A stretch of 64,000 bases of DNA from an uncultured cyanobacterium (GTDB taxonomy: Bacteria > Cyanobacteriota > Cyanobacteriia > PCC-6307 > Cyanobiaceae). The DNA is taken from NCBI GenBank assembly GCA_963765575.1, contig CAVXWZ010000004.1:29820-93819 (forward strand), given 5' to 3'. Shown piece after piece: positions 28,225 through 37,411 of the stretch; the first letter of the stretch is position 1, and each line of letters starts with the position of its first letter. Under the pieces are notes generated by a model. That model did not search any database, was not told where the DNA came from, and was given only the letters and a program-made list of their open reading frames with translations. The position numbers were made by a program, and so were the translations under genes.

Positions 28225-29132
28225 GGAGTGGTGAACAGGTCGACACGGCGGCGGGTGTCGAGCGGCACCTGCTCCCTGGGCGTCATCAGGGCGTGGCGCA
28301 GGGCCCGGTGGGAGCTGCTCACGGGGCGCTGGGCGCCGATGCGCTCGGCGGCGACGCGCACGATCTCCTGGGCCAGGGCGGCATTGGAGCGCAGGTTGTC
28401 GATCACCAGCTCCACCGTCACCGAGGCGTGCTCCTGGTGCCAGCAGTCGTAGTCGGTCACCATCGCCAGGGTGGCGTAGGCCATCTCCGCCTCCCGTGCC
28501 AGCCGCGCCTCGGTGTGGTTGGTCATGCCGATCACGCCGCAGCCCCAGCTGCGGTAGAGCTCCGATTCGGCCCGGGTGGAGAAGGCGGGGCCCTCCATGC
28601 ACAGATAGGTGCCACCGCGGTGCAGCTGGCGGCCGGGCGGCATCAGGCTCTCGCCCACATCGGCCAGCAGGCGGCTGAGGGCTGGGCAGAAGGGGTCGGC
28701 GGCGGTGACATGGGCCACCACCCCGTTGCCGAAGAAGGACAGTGGTCGCTGGTGGGTGCGATCGATGAACTGGTCCGGCACCATCATGTCGAGGGGGCGG
28801 AACTGCTCCTGCAGCGACCCCACCGCCGACACCGAGAGGATCCAGCGCACCCCCAGGGAACGCAGGGCCCAGAGGTTGGCCCGGTAGGGCACCTCACTGG
28901 GGGCATAGCTGTGGTGGCGGCCGTGGCGGGCCAGGAATACCACCTCCAACTCGCCGATGCGCCCCAGGCGCAGGCTGTCGGAGGGCTGGCCGAAGGGGGT
29001 GTCGAGGCTCAGCTCGCGCACCTCCTCCAGCCCCTCCATGGCGTAGAGGCCGCTGCCCCCCAGCACCCCCAGTCGGGCCTGGTGGAGGGGAAGGCCCGCG
29101 GTGACGGTGGCGGCGTCGGCGGAGCTGCTCAT
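28194..29132 (-). CDS. mtnP: S-methyl-5'-thioadenosine phosphorylase
   Basis: [26 protein letters not shown] and MVTDYDCW motifs. Confidence 0.93.
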   Translation of the reverse strand: MSSSADAATVTAGLPLHQARLGVLGGSGLYAMEGLEEVRELSLDTPFGQPSDSLRLGRIGELEVVFLARHGRHHSYAPSEVPYRANLWALRSLGVRWILSVSAVGSLQEQFRPLDMMVPDQFIDRTHQRPLSFFGNGVVAHVTAADPFCPALSRLLADVGESLMPPGRQLHRGGTYLCMEGPAFSTRAESELYRSWGCGVIGMTNHTEARLAREAEMAYATLAMVTDYDCWHQEHASVTVELVIDNLRSNAALAQEIVRVAAERIGAQRPVSSSHRALRHALMTPREQVPLDTRRRVDLFTTPYWGALEEEG

Positions 29133-29241
29133 GGGCGGGTCAGGCGGGTGGGCAGGTGGGGCTGGTGGCGGCGGGGCTGGAGCCGACCGGCCTCCCATTG
29201 TCAGCACGGCCCCATACAGTCGGCCTTTGCGCAGACGCCCC

Positions 29242-29682
29242 ATGACCCGTGCCGTGATGGACACCGACGCCGGCAGCATCAACCTGGAACTGTTTGATGC
29301 CGACGCCCCCAACACCGTGGCCAACTTCGTGAAGCTGGCCAAGGAGGGCTTCTATGACGGCCTGGCCTTCCACCGCGTGATCCCCGGCTTCATGGCCCAG
29401 GGCGGCTGCCCGAACAGCCGTGAAGGCGCCGCCGGCATGGCCGGAACCGGCGGCCCCGGCTATCACATCGACTGTGAGATCAACGGCCAGAAGCACAAGT
29501 CCGGCACCCTGGCCATGGCCCATGCCGGCAAGAACACCGGTGGCTCGCAGTTCTACATCTGCCATGAGGCCCAGCCCCACCTCGACGGCGTGCACACCGT
29601 GTTTGGCAACACCGCCGACATGGACGTGGTGCAGGCCCTCAAGAACGGCAGCCGGATCAACAAGGTGTCGATCCAGGATTGA
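29242..29682 (+). CDS. Cyclophilin-type peptidyl-prolyl isomerase
   Basis: [25 protein letters not shown] and [10 protein letters not shown] motifs. Confidence 0.95.
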   Translation: MTRAVMDTDAGSINLELFDADAPNTVANFVKLAKEGFYDGLAFHRVIPGFMAQGGCPNSREGAAGMAGTGGPGYHIDCEINGQKHKSGTLAMAHAGKNTGGSQFYICHEAQPHLDGVHTVFGNTADMDVVQALKNGSRINKVSIQD

Positions 29683-29727
29683 GCCTCTGGGCGCCCAGAT
29701 TGAGCCTCTGGGCACCCAGATTGAGCC
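29677..29727. repeat. 21-bp tandem repeat (~2.4 copies) with internal palindrome
   Basis: gattgagcctctgggcgccca / gattgagcctctgggcaccca / gattgagcc; TCTGGGCGCCCAGA is a perfect palindrome. Confidence 0.9.
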
Positions 29728-31383
29728 CTAGCGCCACACCACCAGCTCACCGGCATTGAGCTGGGTGAGCTGGCCGCTGGGCTGCAGCAGTTCCGCCAGG
29801 GGCCGTTGCTGGGCTTCCAGGGAGGCGCTGGGATGGTTGATCCGCTGCGGCTCCGGGCTGAGCAGCAGCCCCACCCGGCCGGTGCCCGGGGCTGAGGCCA
29901 GTTGCTCCAGCGCCCGCCGCAGCAGTTCGGGCTCCAGCGAGGCCCGCTCGCCGGTGCTCAGCAGCAGTGCCAGCTCGGGCTGGTTGAGCAGGGCCAGCAG
30001 GCGGGGATCCTCTTCGGGTTCGGCCTTGATGCCCTGCTCGCGGGCCCAGGCTTCCAGCCGCTCCCGCACCGTTGCCGCCGAACCGGCCTCCGGGTGCCCC
30101 TGCCAGGCCACCACGGCGGTGGGGCCGGCGATCGGGCAGGTGGGGCCTTCCCCCATCAGGTGGCCGAGCTTGCTGCGCTTCACGGCCAGGTAGGCGGCAT
30201 TGTGCACACCCGATTCCATGACCAGGGGCACGCGGTCCACCACCTGCAGGCCATAGCCGCCGAGGCCGGCGATCTTGCGTGGATTGTTGGTGATCAGCCG
30301 CAGCCGGTGCACGCCCAGGTCGCTGAGGATCTGGGCCCCCACGCCGTAGTTGCGCAGGTCGGCGGGGAAGCCCAGCCGTTCGTTGGCCTCCACCGTGTCC
30401 AGGCCGGTGTCCTGGAGTGAGTAGGCCCGCAGCTTGTTGATCAGGCCGATGCCGCGGCCCTCCTGACGCAGGTACACCACCACACCTTCGCCAGCGGCCT
30501 CGATCATGCGCAGGGCGGCCTCCAGCTGGGGCCGGCAATCACAGCGCAGGGAGCCGAAGGCATCGCCGGTGAGGCATTCGCTGTGCACCCGCACCAGCAC
30601 GGCAGCGCCGGCCCGCTCCGGGTGGCCCTTGACGATCGCCACGTGCTCGCTGCCGTCGAGTTCGTTGCGGAAGCCGATCGCCCGGAAGCTGCCGAAGGCG
30701 CTGGGCATCGCCGCCTCCGCCTGGCGACGCACGAAGCGCTCCGTGTCCAGCCGGTAGCGGATCAGTTCGGCGATCGAGATCAGCCGCAGGCCATGGCGAC
30801 GGGCGTAGGCGGCCAGCTCGGGCAGGCGTGCCATCGAGCCGTTGGGATTCTGGATCTCGCAGATCACTCCGGAGGGATTGAGGCCCGCCAGCCGGGCCAG
30901 ATCCACCGCCGCCTCGGTGTGGCCGGCGCGCTTGAGCACTCCGCCCTGGCGGGCGCGCAGGGGGAACACGTGGCCTGGCCGGCGCAGATCGCCGGGGCGG
31001 CTCTGGGGGTGGATCGCCACCTGGATGGTGCGGGCCCGGTCCTCGGCCGAGATGCCCGTGCTCACACCGTTCTCCGGTCCGGCGTCCACGCTCACGGTGA
31101 AGGCGGTCTGGTTGGCGTCGGTGTTGCGATCCACCATCAGCGGCAGATCCAGGGCGTCCAGCCGCTCCCCCTCGATCGCCAGACAGATCAGGCCCCGGGC
31201 TTCGGTGGCCATGAAATTGATCTGTTCGGGGGTGGCGAACTGGGCCGCACAGATCAGATCACCCTCGTTCTCCCGGTTCTCGTCGTCCACCACCACCACC
31301 GCCTCACCGTTGCGGATCGCCGCGAGGGCATCGGCAATGGCATCGAAGCGGATGGTGGGGGTGCTGCTGGTCGCAGGACTCAT
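29728..31383 (-). CDS. ribBA: Bifunctional DHBP synthase / GTP cyclohydrolase II
   Basis: DDENRENEGDL, RAGHTEAAVDL, RVHSECLTGD...RCDC and RQEGRGIGL motifs. Confidence 0.96.
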   Translation of the reverse strand: MSPATSSTPTIRFDAIADALAAIRNGEAVVVVDDENRENEGDLICAAQFATPEQINFMATEARGLICLAIEGERLDALDLPLMVDRNTDANQTAFTVSVDAGPENGVSTGISAEDRARTIQVAIHPQSRPGDLRRPGHVFPLRARQGGVLKRAGHTEAAVDLARLAGLNPSGVICEIQNPNGSMARLPELAAYARRHGLRLISIAELIRYRLDTERFVRRQAEAAMPSAFGSFRAIGFRNELDGSEHVAIVKGHPERAGAAVLVRVHSECLTGDAFGSLRCDCRPQLEAALRMIEAAGEGVVVYLRQEGRGIGLINKLRAYSLQDTGLDTVEANERLGFPADLRNYGVGAQILSDLGVHRLRLITNNPRKIAGLGGYGLQVVDRVPLVMESGVHNAAYLAVKRSKLGHLMGEGPTCPIAGPTAVVAWQGHPEAGSAATVRERLEAWAREQGIKAEPEEDPRLLALLNQPELALLLSTGERASLEPELLRRALEQLASAPGTGRVGLLLSPEPQRINHPSASLEAQQRPLAELLQPSGQLTQLNAGELVVWR

Positions 31384-31463
31384 GGCGGGCGCCCGATGGG
31401 CGGCGAGGGCGCAATCATCCTTTATAAAGCCCTGTTCAGCTCCACGAGGATGGGTTCAGCTCC

Positions 31464-32558
31464 ATGGCCAGCTCCCAGCCCTCCAGCCCTCCAGCCCCAG
31501 GCCGGCGCGTGGCCGTCATCGGTGCCAGCGGTTACGGCGGACTGCAGACCTTGCGGCTGCTGCACGACCATCCCCACCTGGGCGTGACCTTCCTGGGTGG
31601 TGAGCGCAGCAGCGGTCGCCGCTGGAGTGAGATCACCCCCTTTCTGCCGCTGCCCGGCGATCCGCTGGTGCAGAGCGCCGATCCGGAGGCGATCGCGGCG
31701 GCGGCCGATTTCGCCGTGCTCAGCCTCCCCAACGGCCTGGCGGCCCAGCTGGTGCCGCCGCTGCTGGAGCGGGGGGTGCGCGTGGTCGACCTCTCCGCCG
31801 ACTACCGCTACCGCTCCCTGGCCCAGTGGCAGCAGGTGTATGCGGCGGAGGCCCGCCAGGTGCCCCGCCAGGATGGCGACCTCTGCGCTGAAGCCGTCTA
31901 CGGCCTGCCCGAGTGGCACGGCGAGCGCATCCGCACGGCCCGGCTGGTGGCGGCCCCCGGGTGCTTCCCCACCGCCTCCCTGCTGGGGCTGCTGCCCCTG
32001 CTCAAGCAGGGCCTGATCGAGACCCGCGGCATCGTCATCGACGCCAAGACCGGCACCAGCGGCGGCGGTCGGGCCGCCAAGCAACCCCTGCTGCTGGCCG
32101 AGGCGGCCGAGGCGGTGGCCCCCTATGGCGTGGTGGGTCACCGCCACACCAGCGAGATCGAGCAGATCGCGGGCCAGGTGGCGGGGCGGGAGATCCAGCT
32201 GCAGTTCACGCCCCACCTGATGCCGATGGTGCGCGGCCTGCTGGCCACGGTGTACTGCCGCTTGCGCGATCCCGGCCTCACCGCCGACGACTGCAGCACC
32301 GTGCTGCGCACGGCCTACCGCGATGCCCCCGCGGTCACGGTGCTGCCGGTGGGCACCTACCCCTCCACCAAGTGGGTGCGGCAGACCAGCCGGGCGCTGC
32401 TGTCGCTGCAGGCGGACGCCCGCACGGGCCAGCTGATCGTGATGGGGGCCATCGACAACCTGGTCAAGGGTCAGGCCGGCCAGGGGGTGCAGTGCCTCAA
32501 CCTGATGGCGGGTCTGGAGGAGAGCACCGGCCTGCCGATGCTGCCCTTCTATCCCTGA
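31464..32558 (+). CDS. argC: N-acetyl-gamma-glutamyl-phosphate reductase
   Basis: GASGYGG, DLSADYR, PGCFPTA and IDNLVKGQAGQ motifs. Confidence 0.96.
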   Translation: MASSQPSSPPAPGRRVAVIGASGYGGLQTLRLLHDHPHLGVTFLGGERSSGRRWSEITPFLPLPGDPLVQSADPEAIAAAADFAVLSLPNGLAAQLVPPLLERGVRVVDLSADYRYRSLAQWQQVYAAEARQVPRQDGDLCAEAVYGLPEWHGERIRTARLVAAPGCFPTASLLGLLPLLKQGLIETRGIVIDAKTGTSGGGRAAKQPLLLAEAAEAVAPYGVVGHRHTSEIEQIAGQVAGREIQLQFTPHLMPMVRGLLATVYCRLRDPGLTADDCSTVLRTAYRDAPAVTVLPVGTYPSTKWVRQTSRALLSLQADARTGQLIVMGAIDNLVKGQAGQGVQCLNLMAGLEESTGLPMLPFYP

Positions 32559-33250
32559 GCAGGCTGAGCAGGTTCAGTCAGGCCCAGGTGCTGGGCCGCC
32601 AGCTGCACGGCCAGCGGCAGGATGCGGTGCTCCTGGCGCTGGATCCGCGCCGCCAGGCTGGCGTGATCATCCCCGGGCTGCACCGGCACCGCCGCCTGCA
32701 CCAGGATCCGGCCGGCATCCACCTGCTCAGTCACCAGGTGGGCAGTGCAGCCGGCCAGCGTCACCCCGGCCGCCAGGGCCTGGCCCACGGCGTCCAGGCC
32801 CCGGAAGCTGGGCAGCAGGGAGGGATGGATGTTCAGCAGCCGCCCGGGGAAGGCGGCGATCAGCCGCGGGCTGACGATCCGCATCCAGCCGGCCATCACC
32901 ACCAGGTCCACCGCCGCCGCGCCGAAGGCTTCGATCAGGGCGGCGTCGAGGGCTTCGCGGCTGGGCTGCCGGCGGTGGTCCAGCAGCCGGCAGGGCACCT
33001 CCAGCCGCCGCGCCCGCTCCAGCGCCCGGCAGCCGGGGTTGTTCACCACCAGCAGCACCACGTCGGCGGGCGGCCGATCGGCCCGACCGGCGAGGGTCAG
33101 GGCCTCGAAGTTGCTGCCCTCCCCGGAGGCCATCACCCCCAGCCGCAGCCGGCGAGGAGCGGCGCACCCGGGCCCGGACGTTGCGGCAACTGGTGGCAAC
33201 GGCCACTGGATGCCGTCCAGCTCCTGGCTAGGGTCTGAGAAAGCGGGCAT
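32549..33250 (-). CDS. purN: Phosphoribosylglycinamide formyltransferase
   Basis: MASGEGSNFEAL, MAGWMRI, LNIHPSLLP and GCTAH motifs; start uncertain. Confidence 0.93.
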   Translation of the reverse strand: MPAFSDPSQELDGIQWPLPPVAATSGPGCAAPRRLRLGVMASGEGSNFEALTLAGRADRPPADVVLLVVNNPGCRALERARRLEVPCRLLDHRRQPSREALDAALIEAFGAAAVDLVVMAGWMRIVSPRLIAAFPGRLLNIHPSLLPSFRGLDAVGQALAAGVTLAGCTAHLVTEQVDAGRILVQAAVPVQPGDDHASLAARIQRQEHRILPLAVQLAAQHLGLTEPAQPAQG

Positions 33251-33257
33251 CCGGTTC

Positions 33258-33602
33258 ATGTCCCATCTCTCCATCCTGCCCACGGTGCTGCGCGACGCCG
33301 ACCGTCTCGCCACCAGTCTGGAGTCCTTGGGCCTGCAGCCCCGCTGGGGCGGCCAGCTGGAGGGCTTTGCTGGCGAGGGCGAGGCGGTGGAGCTGCAGGT
33401 GCGGCTGGGTGGTGGCCAGGGGCTGGGCTGGGCGCGCCAGCGCGATGGCTCCCTGGCCCTGGTGGGTGACCTGCAGCGCATCAGCCGCAGCACCCGCCTG
33501 CAGGCCCTGCTGTCGGCCATCACCCGCCGCTACGCCGCCGAGACCGCCCTGGCCGAGGCGACCCGGCACCTCGAGGGCGCCCAGGTCAGCCTGAGTTTCT
33601 GA
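33258..33602 (+). CDS. DUF1257 (Ycf35-like) protein
   Basis: MSHLSILPT...LGW..Q.DGSL.LVGDL...ITRRYA pattern. Confidence 0.8.
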   Translation: MSHLSILPTVLRDADRLATSLESLGLQPRWGGQLEGFAGEGEAVELQVRLGGGQGLGWARQRDGSLALVGDLQRISRSTRLQALLSAITRRYAAETALAEATRHLEGAQVSLSF

Positions 33603-33615
33603 GCGACGCTGCGCG

Positions 33616-35350
33616 GTGATCTTCGGCCCCCTCGTTCAGCTCGACCTCCGCGACAGCAAAACCCACCTGGTGGCGGTGAGCCTGGAGTTCCAACCCCAGG
33701 ACCTGGAGCTGCGCTTTGCGCTGCCGTCCTGGACTCCCGGCTCCTACCTGATCCGCGACTACGTGCGCCAGCTCGAGGGGCTGGAGCTGAGCCAGGACGA
33801 TGTGCTGCTGGCCCCCCGGCGGACGGGTGTGGCCGCCTGGTCACTGACCCTGCCCCGGCTGGCCCCGCTGCGGCTGCGCTACCGCATCCTGGCCACCGAG
33901 CTCACGGTGCGCACCTGCCACCTCAGCGCCGAGCACGGCTTCCTGGCCCTGGCCGCGGTGGTGGTGCAGCTGGACGGCCAGCGCTGGCAACCGCACCGAC
34001 TGCGGCTGCAGCTGCCGCCGGGCTGGCAGGCCTTCGTGCCCTTGCCCCCGCTGCCTGAGGGCGGTTGGCTGGCACGGGATTTTGACCAGCTGGTTGACAC
34101 CCCGATCGAGGCCGGCCCCCATCCCTGCCACCACTTCGGCGTTGCCGGCGTGCCCCATCGCTGGGTGGGCTGGGGCACCACCCTCAGCGGCGCTGACCTG
34201 CCCGCCGCCGACCCCCACTGGCTTGCCGATGTGGAGCGGGTGTGCCTGGCCTGCTGCCGGCTGATGGGGGTGGAGCGACCGGCGGCCGCGCACTACCTGT
34301 TCGTGCTTCACCTCACCGACAACGGTTACGGGGGCCTGGAACACGACCTCAGCACGGTGCTGCAGTACGGGCGTCGCCGCCTGGCCGAGGCCGGCGGCCG
34401 CCGCAAGCTTCTGCAGCTCGTGGCCCACGAATACCTGCACCAGTGGAACGTGCGCCGCCTGCGGCCCGCCGAGCTCAGCCCCTACGACTACGACCGTCCG
34501 GTGCTGGTGCCCAGCCTCTGGTTCGCCGAGGGCATCACCAGCTATGTGGACCAGCTGCTTCCCCATGCCGCCGGCCTCAGCACTGAAGCCGAGCTGCTCA
34601 GCGATCTGGGCGCTGATCTGAGCCGTTTCCTGCTCACCCCGGGCCGGGCCGTGCAGAGCCTGAGCCAGAGCGGCCAGGAGGCCTGGGTGAAGCTCTACAA
34701 GGCCGATGCCTATGCCATCGACAGCCAGATCAGCTATTACCTCAAAGGGGCGGTGCTGGCGCTGGTGCTGGATCTGCACCTGCGGCGCCATGGCAGCGGC
34801 CTGCCGGCGGTGCTGCGCCAGCTCTGGTGCAGCCATGGCCGCCACGGCCGCGGCTACCGGCAGCACGACCTGTTCAACGCCTTCGCTGAGCGGGCGCCCG
34901 ACCTCGCCACCCTGCTGCCGCTCTGGCTGGACAGCCTCGACGACCCTCCCCTGGAGGACTATCTGGCCGACGTGGGCGTGGTCCTGCTGCCTGAGCGCAG
35001 CGACGATCCCTGGCTGGGCTGGCATCTGGAGGTGGCCACAGGGGGCTTGACGACCCGGCGGATCCTGCGGGACTCTCCTGCGGAGCAGGCCGGGTTGATG
35101 GTCGGAGATGAGCTGATCGCCCTGGCCGGCCAGCGGCTCCGTCGCCCCGAGGACGTGGCGCCGGTGCTGGCGGCCGCCACGGGTTGGCACCGCGCTGGAG
35201 GCCGTGCTGACCCGAGACGGTCGCCTGCTCTCGGTTCAGCTCACCCCCGCTCCACCCCGGGTGAAGGGCTGGCGGCTGGAGGTGGATGCCACGGCACCGG
35301 CGGCGGTCAGCGACCACCGGCGCCGTTGGCTGGCCCTGGAGTTGCCGTGA
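33616..35350 (+). CDS. M61 family metallopeptidase with PDZ domain (apparent +1 frameshift near 35182)
   Basis: WTPGSY, GGLEH, AHEYLHQWN, WFAEGITSY, SYYLKG; the natural C-terminus (...TRDGRLL...RRRWLALELP*) is in the next frame. Confidence 0.9.
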
Positions 35351-36222
35351 TCCAGCGTCATCGGCGTCTGGTGCTGGCCGCTGTGGCCCTCGGCGTCATC
35401 GGCCTCGGCGGCCTGGGCTGGCTGGCCCGCGATGACTCCGGCCGGCTCGCCGGTGTCGGTGGGCGCCGCTCCCTGCTCGATCTGCTTGAGGAAGTGCGCC
35501 AACAACCCCCCAGCGAGCCCGAGGTGGCGCCAGACCCGGCGCCAGCCCCCCCGCCCCATGCGGCCTGGAGTTCTCCCCTGCGCGCCAGCTGCCGACCGCC
35601 GGACCCCCAGCGCCGCCAGCAGTTGCTCGCCCTGGCCAGTCGCTTGCGCAGCTCCCCCGATCGGATCCAGATCGATCCCACCAACTACGGCGCGCGCCAC
35701 GTCCGCGATGCCTTCGGCAACCCGCTGGATGCCACCCCCCGGGTGGTGGTGCTGCACGAGACGGTGTTCAGCATGGAGTCGGCGATCAACACCTTCCGCA
35801 CCCCCCACCCCCGGGATGAGGACCAGGTGAGTTACCACGCCATGATCGGCCTCGACGGCCGGGTGGTGATCCTGCTCGATCCATCCCAGCGCGCCTTTGG
35901 CGCCGGCAACTCCGCCTTCCTCGGAGAGTGGGCGATCACCAACGCCAAGGTGCGGGGCTCGGTCAACAATTTCGCCCTGCATGTGAGTCTGGAGACCCCC
36001 GCCGACGGCGAACACGTCGGGCCTGTCCACAGCGGCTACACCTCGGCGCAGTACGACGGCCTGGCGGCCCTGCTGGCGGTGTGGATGGAGACCTATCCGA
36101 TTCCCCCCAGCCAGGTGACCACGCACATGGCCGTGGATTTGTGGGGGGAGCGGGCCGACCCACGCAGCTTCGACTGGGAAGCCCTGCAGGTGCGCCTGGA
36201 GAGCCTCGGTCTGCTCTGCTGA
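35347..36222 (+). CDS. N-acetylmuramoyl-L-alanine amidase (Amidase_2), membrane-anchored
   Basis: GTG start overlapping the M61 stop; N-terminal TM; VVLHET, VSYH, RAFGAG, TTH and DPRSFDW motifs. Confidence 0.88.
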   Translation: MIQRHRRLVLAAVALGVIGLGGLGWLARDDSGRLAGVGGRRSLLDLLEEVRQQPPSEPEVAPDPAPAPPPHAAWSSPLRASCRPPDPQRRQQLLALASRLRSSPDRIQIDPTNYGARHVRDAFGNPLDATPRVVVLHETVFSMESAINTFRTPHPRDEDQVSYHAMIGLDGRVVILLDPSQRAFGAGNSAFLGEWAITNAKVRGSVNNFALHVSLETPADGEHVGPVHSGYTSAQYDGLAALLAVWMETYPIPPSQVTTHMAVDLWGERADPRSFDWEALQVRLESLGLLC

Positions 36223-36281
36223 ACCTCTGCTGAACCCTCCTGACGGTCTGCTCTGCGAGCTGACGGTGAGCGCAGTGAGGC

Positions 36282-37214
36282 TCAGATCAGTGGTGAGATC
36301 TGGTGGTTGCGCTGGCCGTAGATCAGGGCGTGCAGTTCGGGGTCCTGCATCAGCGCCAGGATGCCGCGTGGATAGTCGAGCTTGCCGTTGTGCAGGTAGG
36401 CGAGGGTGGCCAGGCCCTTGGCGTCCTTGGGGCTGCCGCTGGCCACGAGGATGCGGTCGCTGGGGAAGTCGAGGGCGCTTTTCAGGCGCGAGAACTTGCC
36501 CACCAGCAGGGCGACGTTTTGCTCGGGATCGAGCAGCTGATTGCGGGCGGCCGTGATCTCCTCGGGGCTGGCGTCTTCCCTGAGCAACCCCTGGTGCACC
36601 AGTTCCTGCACCCCGATCTGGGCCGGTCCATGGGTGGAGAACAGCCCCGAGTGGGCGGCGATGGGATGATTTTCACCGGGTTTGGCGTGCCGCAGTTCGT
36701 CGAACAGGATCGCCGTCACCAGCAGGGGATTGATGTTGGCCCGGGCGCATTCGCTCAGGATCACCGGCCTGAGGGTTTCGATCTGGTCGAGGGTCTGGGT
36801 GCGCAGTGGCCGCAGTTGGTCGATGCCGCTGCTGAACAACTGGGCCAGGCGGGGCTGGGGGCCATGCACCCCGAAGCGGCGATGCAGCTCCTGGAGTTCT
36901 TCGGGGCTGAAGCGCAGCGGATCAGCCGTGAAGCGATCGACAGCGTCCCCCGGGCGGCTGGGCAGTACATCCAACCGGTTGGGCACCGTGGCGGCGGAGC
37001 CATCCCCCAGGTCCTGGGCCCAATCCATCCATACGGGCGGCCCCTTGCCGGCCATCGGCAGGCTGATCGAGAGCATCAAGCTGGCGGCCAAGCCCAGAAC
37101 CCGGCGGCCGCTCTGGCCACGACCATTGCCGCGGGCGCAATCTTTGCTGTGGGCGCAATCTTTGCTGCGGCCAAGGCGGAGGGGGAGATGGCGGGAATGG
37201 ATCAGGTAGAGCAC
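36282..37214 (-). CDS. Conserved hypothetical protein, possible lysozyme-like/SLT fold
   Basis: INPLLVTAILFDE, HGPAQI, LLDPEQNV and LAYLHNG motifs; start uncertain. Confidence 0.6.
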   Translation of the reverse strand: MLYLIHSRHLPLRLGRSKDCAHSKDCARGNGRGQSGRRVLGLAASLMLSISLPMAGKGPPVWMDWAQDLGDGSAATVPNRLDVLPSRPGDAVDRFTADPLRFSPEELQELHRRFGVHGPQPRLAQLFSSGIDQLRPLRTQTLDQIETLRPVILSECARANINPLLVTAILFDELRHAKPGENHPIAAHSGLFSTHGPAQIGVQELVHQGLLREDASPEEITAARNQLLDPEQNVALLVGKFSRLKSALDFPSDRILVASGSPKDAKGLATLAYLHNGKLDYPRGILALMQDPELHALIYGQRNHQISPLI

Positions 37215-37411
37215 CGCTGCGGGGAGGACTGCGTCAGCGCAGATCAAAACAACTCTAGGCACCACGTCCAGGCCCCTTCGCCGCCGTGAGGCGGTCGCGG
37301 AGCCGGCCACGGGCGCTTGCAGAGCCTGCCCCAGGTGGGCGTCCGCACACGACGACCGGGTGCCTCACGACTAGGTTGCCCGGGCGTTCCCTCCCCGGAG
37401 CAGCCGAGGCC

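Noticed and set aside
29677..29727. CRISPR-like mini-array
   Set aside because: Repeats are contiguous with no unique spacers, and no cas genes are present
33616..36222. 868-aa M61 peptidase-amidase fusion in the ORF track
   Set aside because: Created by a +1 frameshift near 35182; the natural M61 C-terminus and stop (35350) and a GTGA-coupled amidase start are present
37133..37167. 18-bp-period duplication (SKDCA twice)
   Set aside because: Only two copies in an uncertain N-terminal region; ordinary slippage
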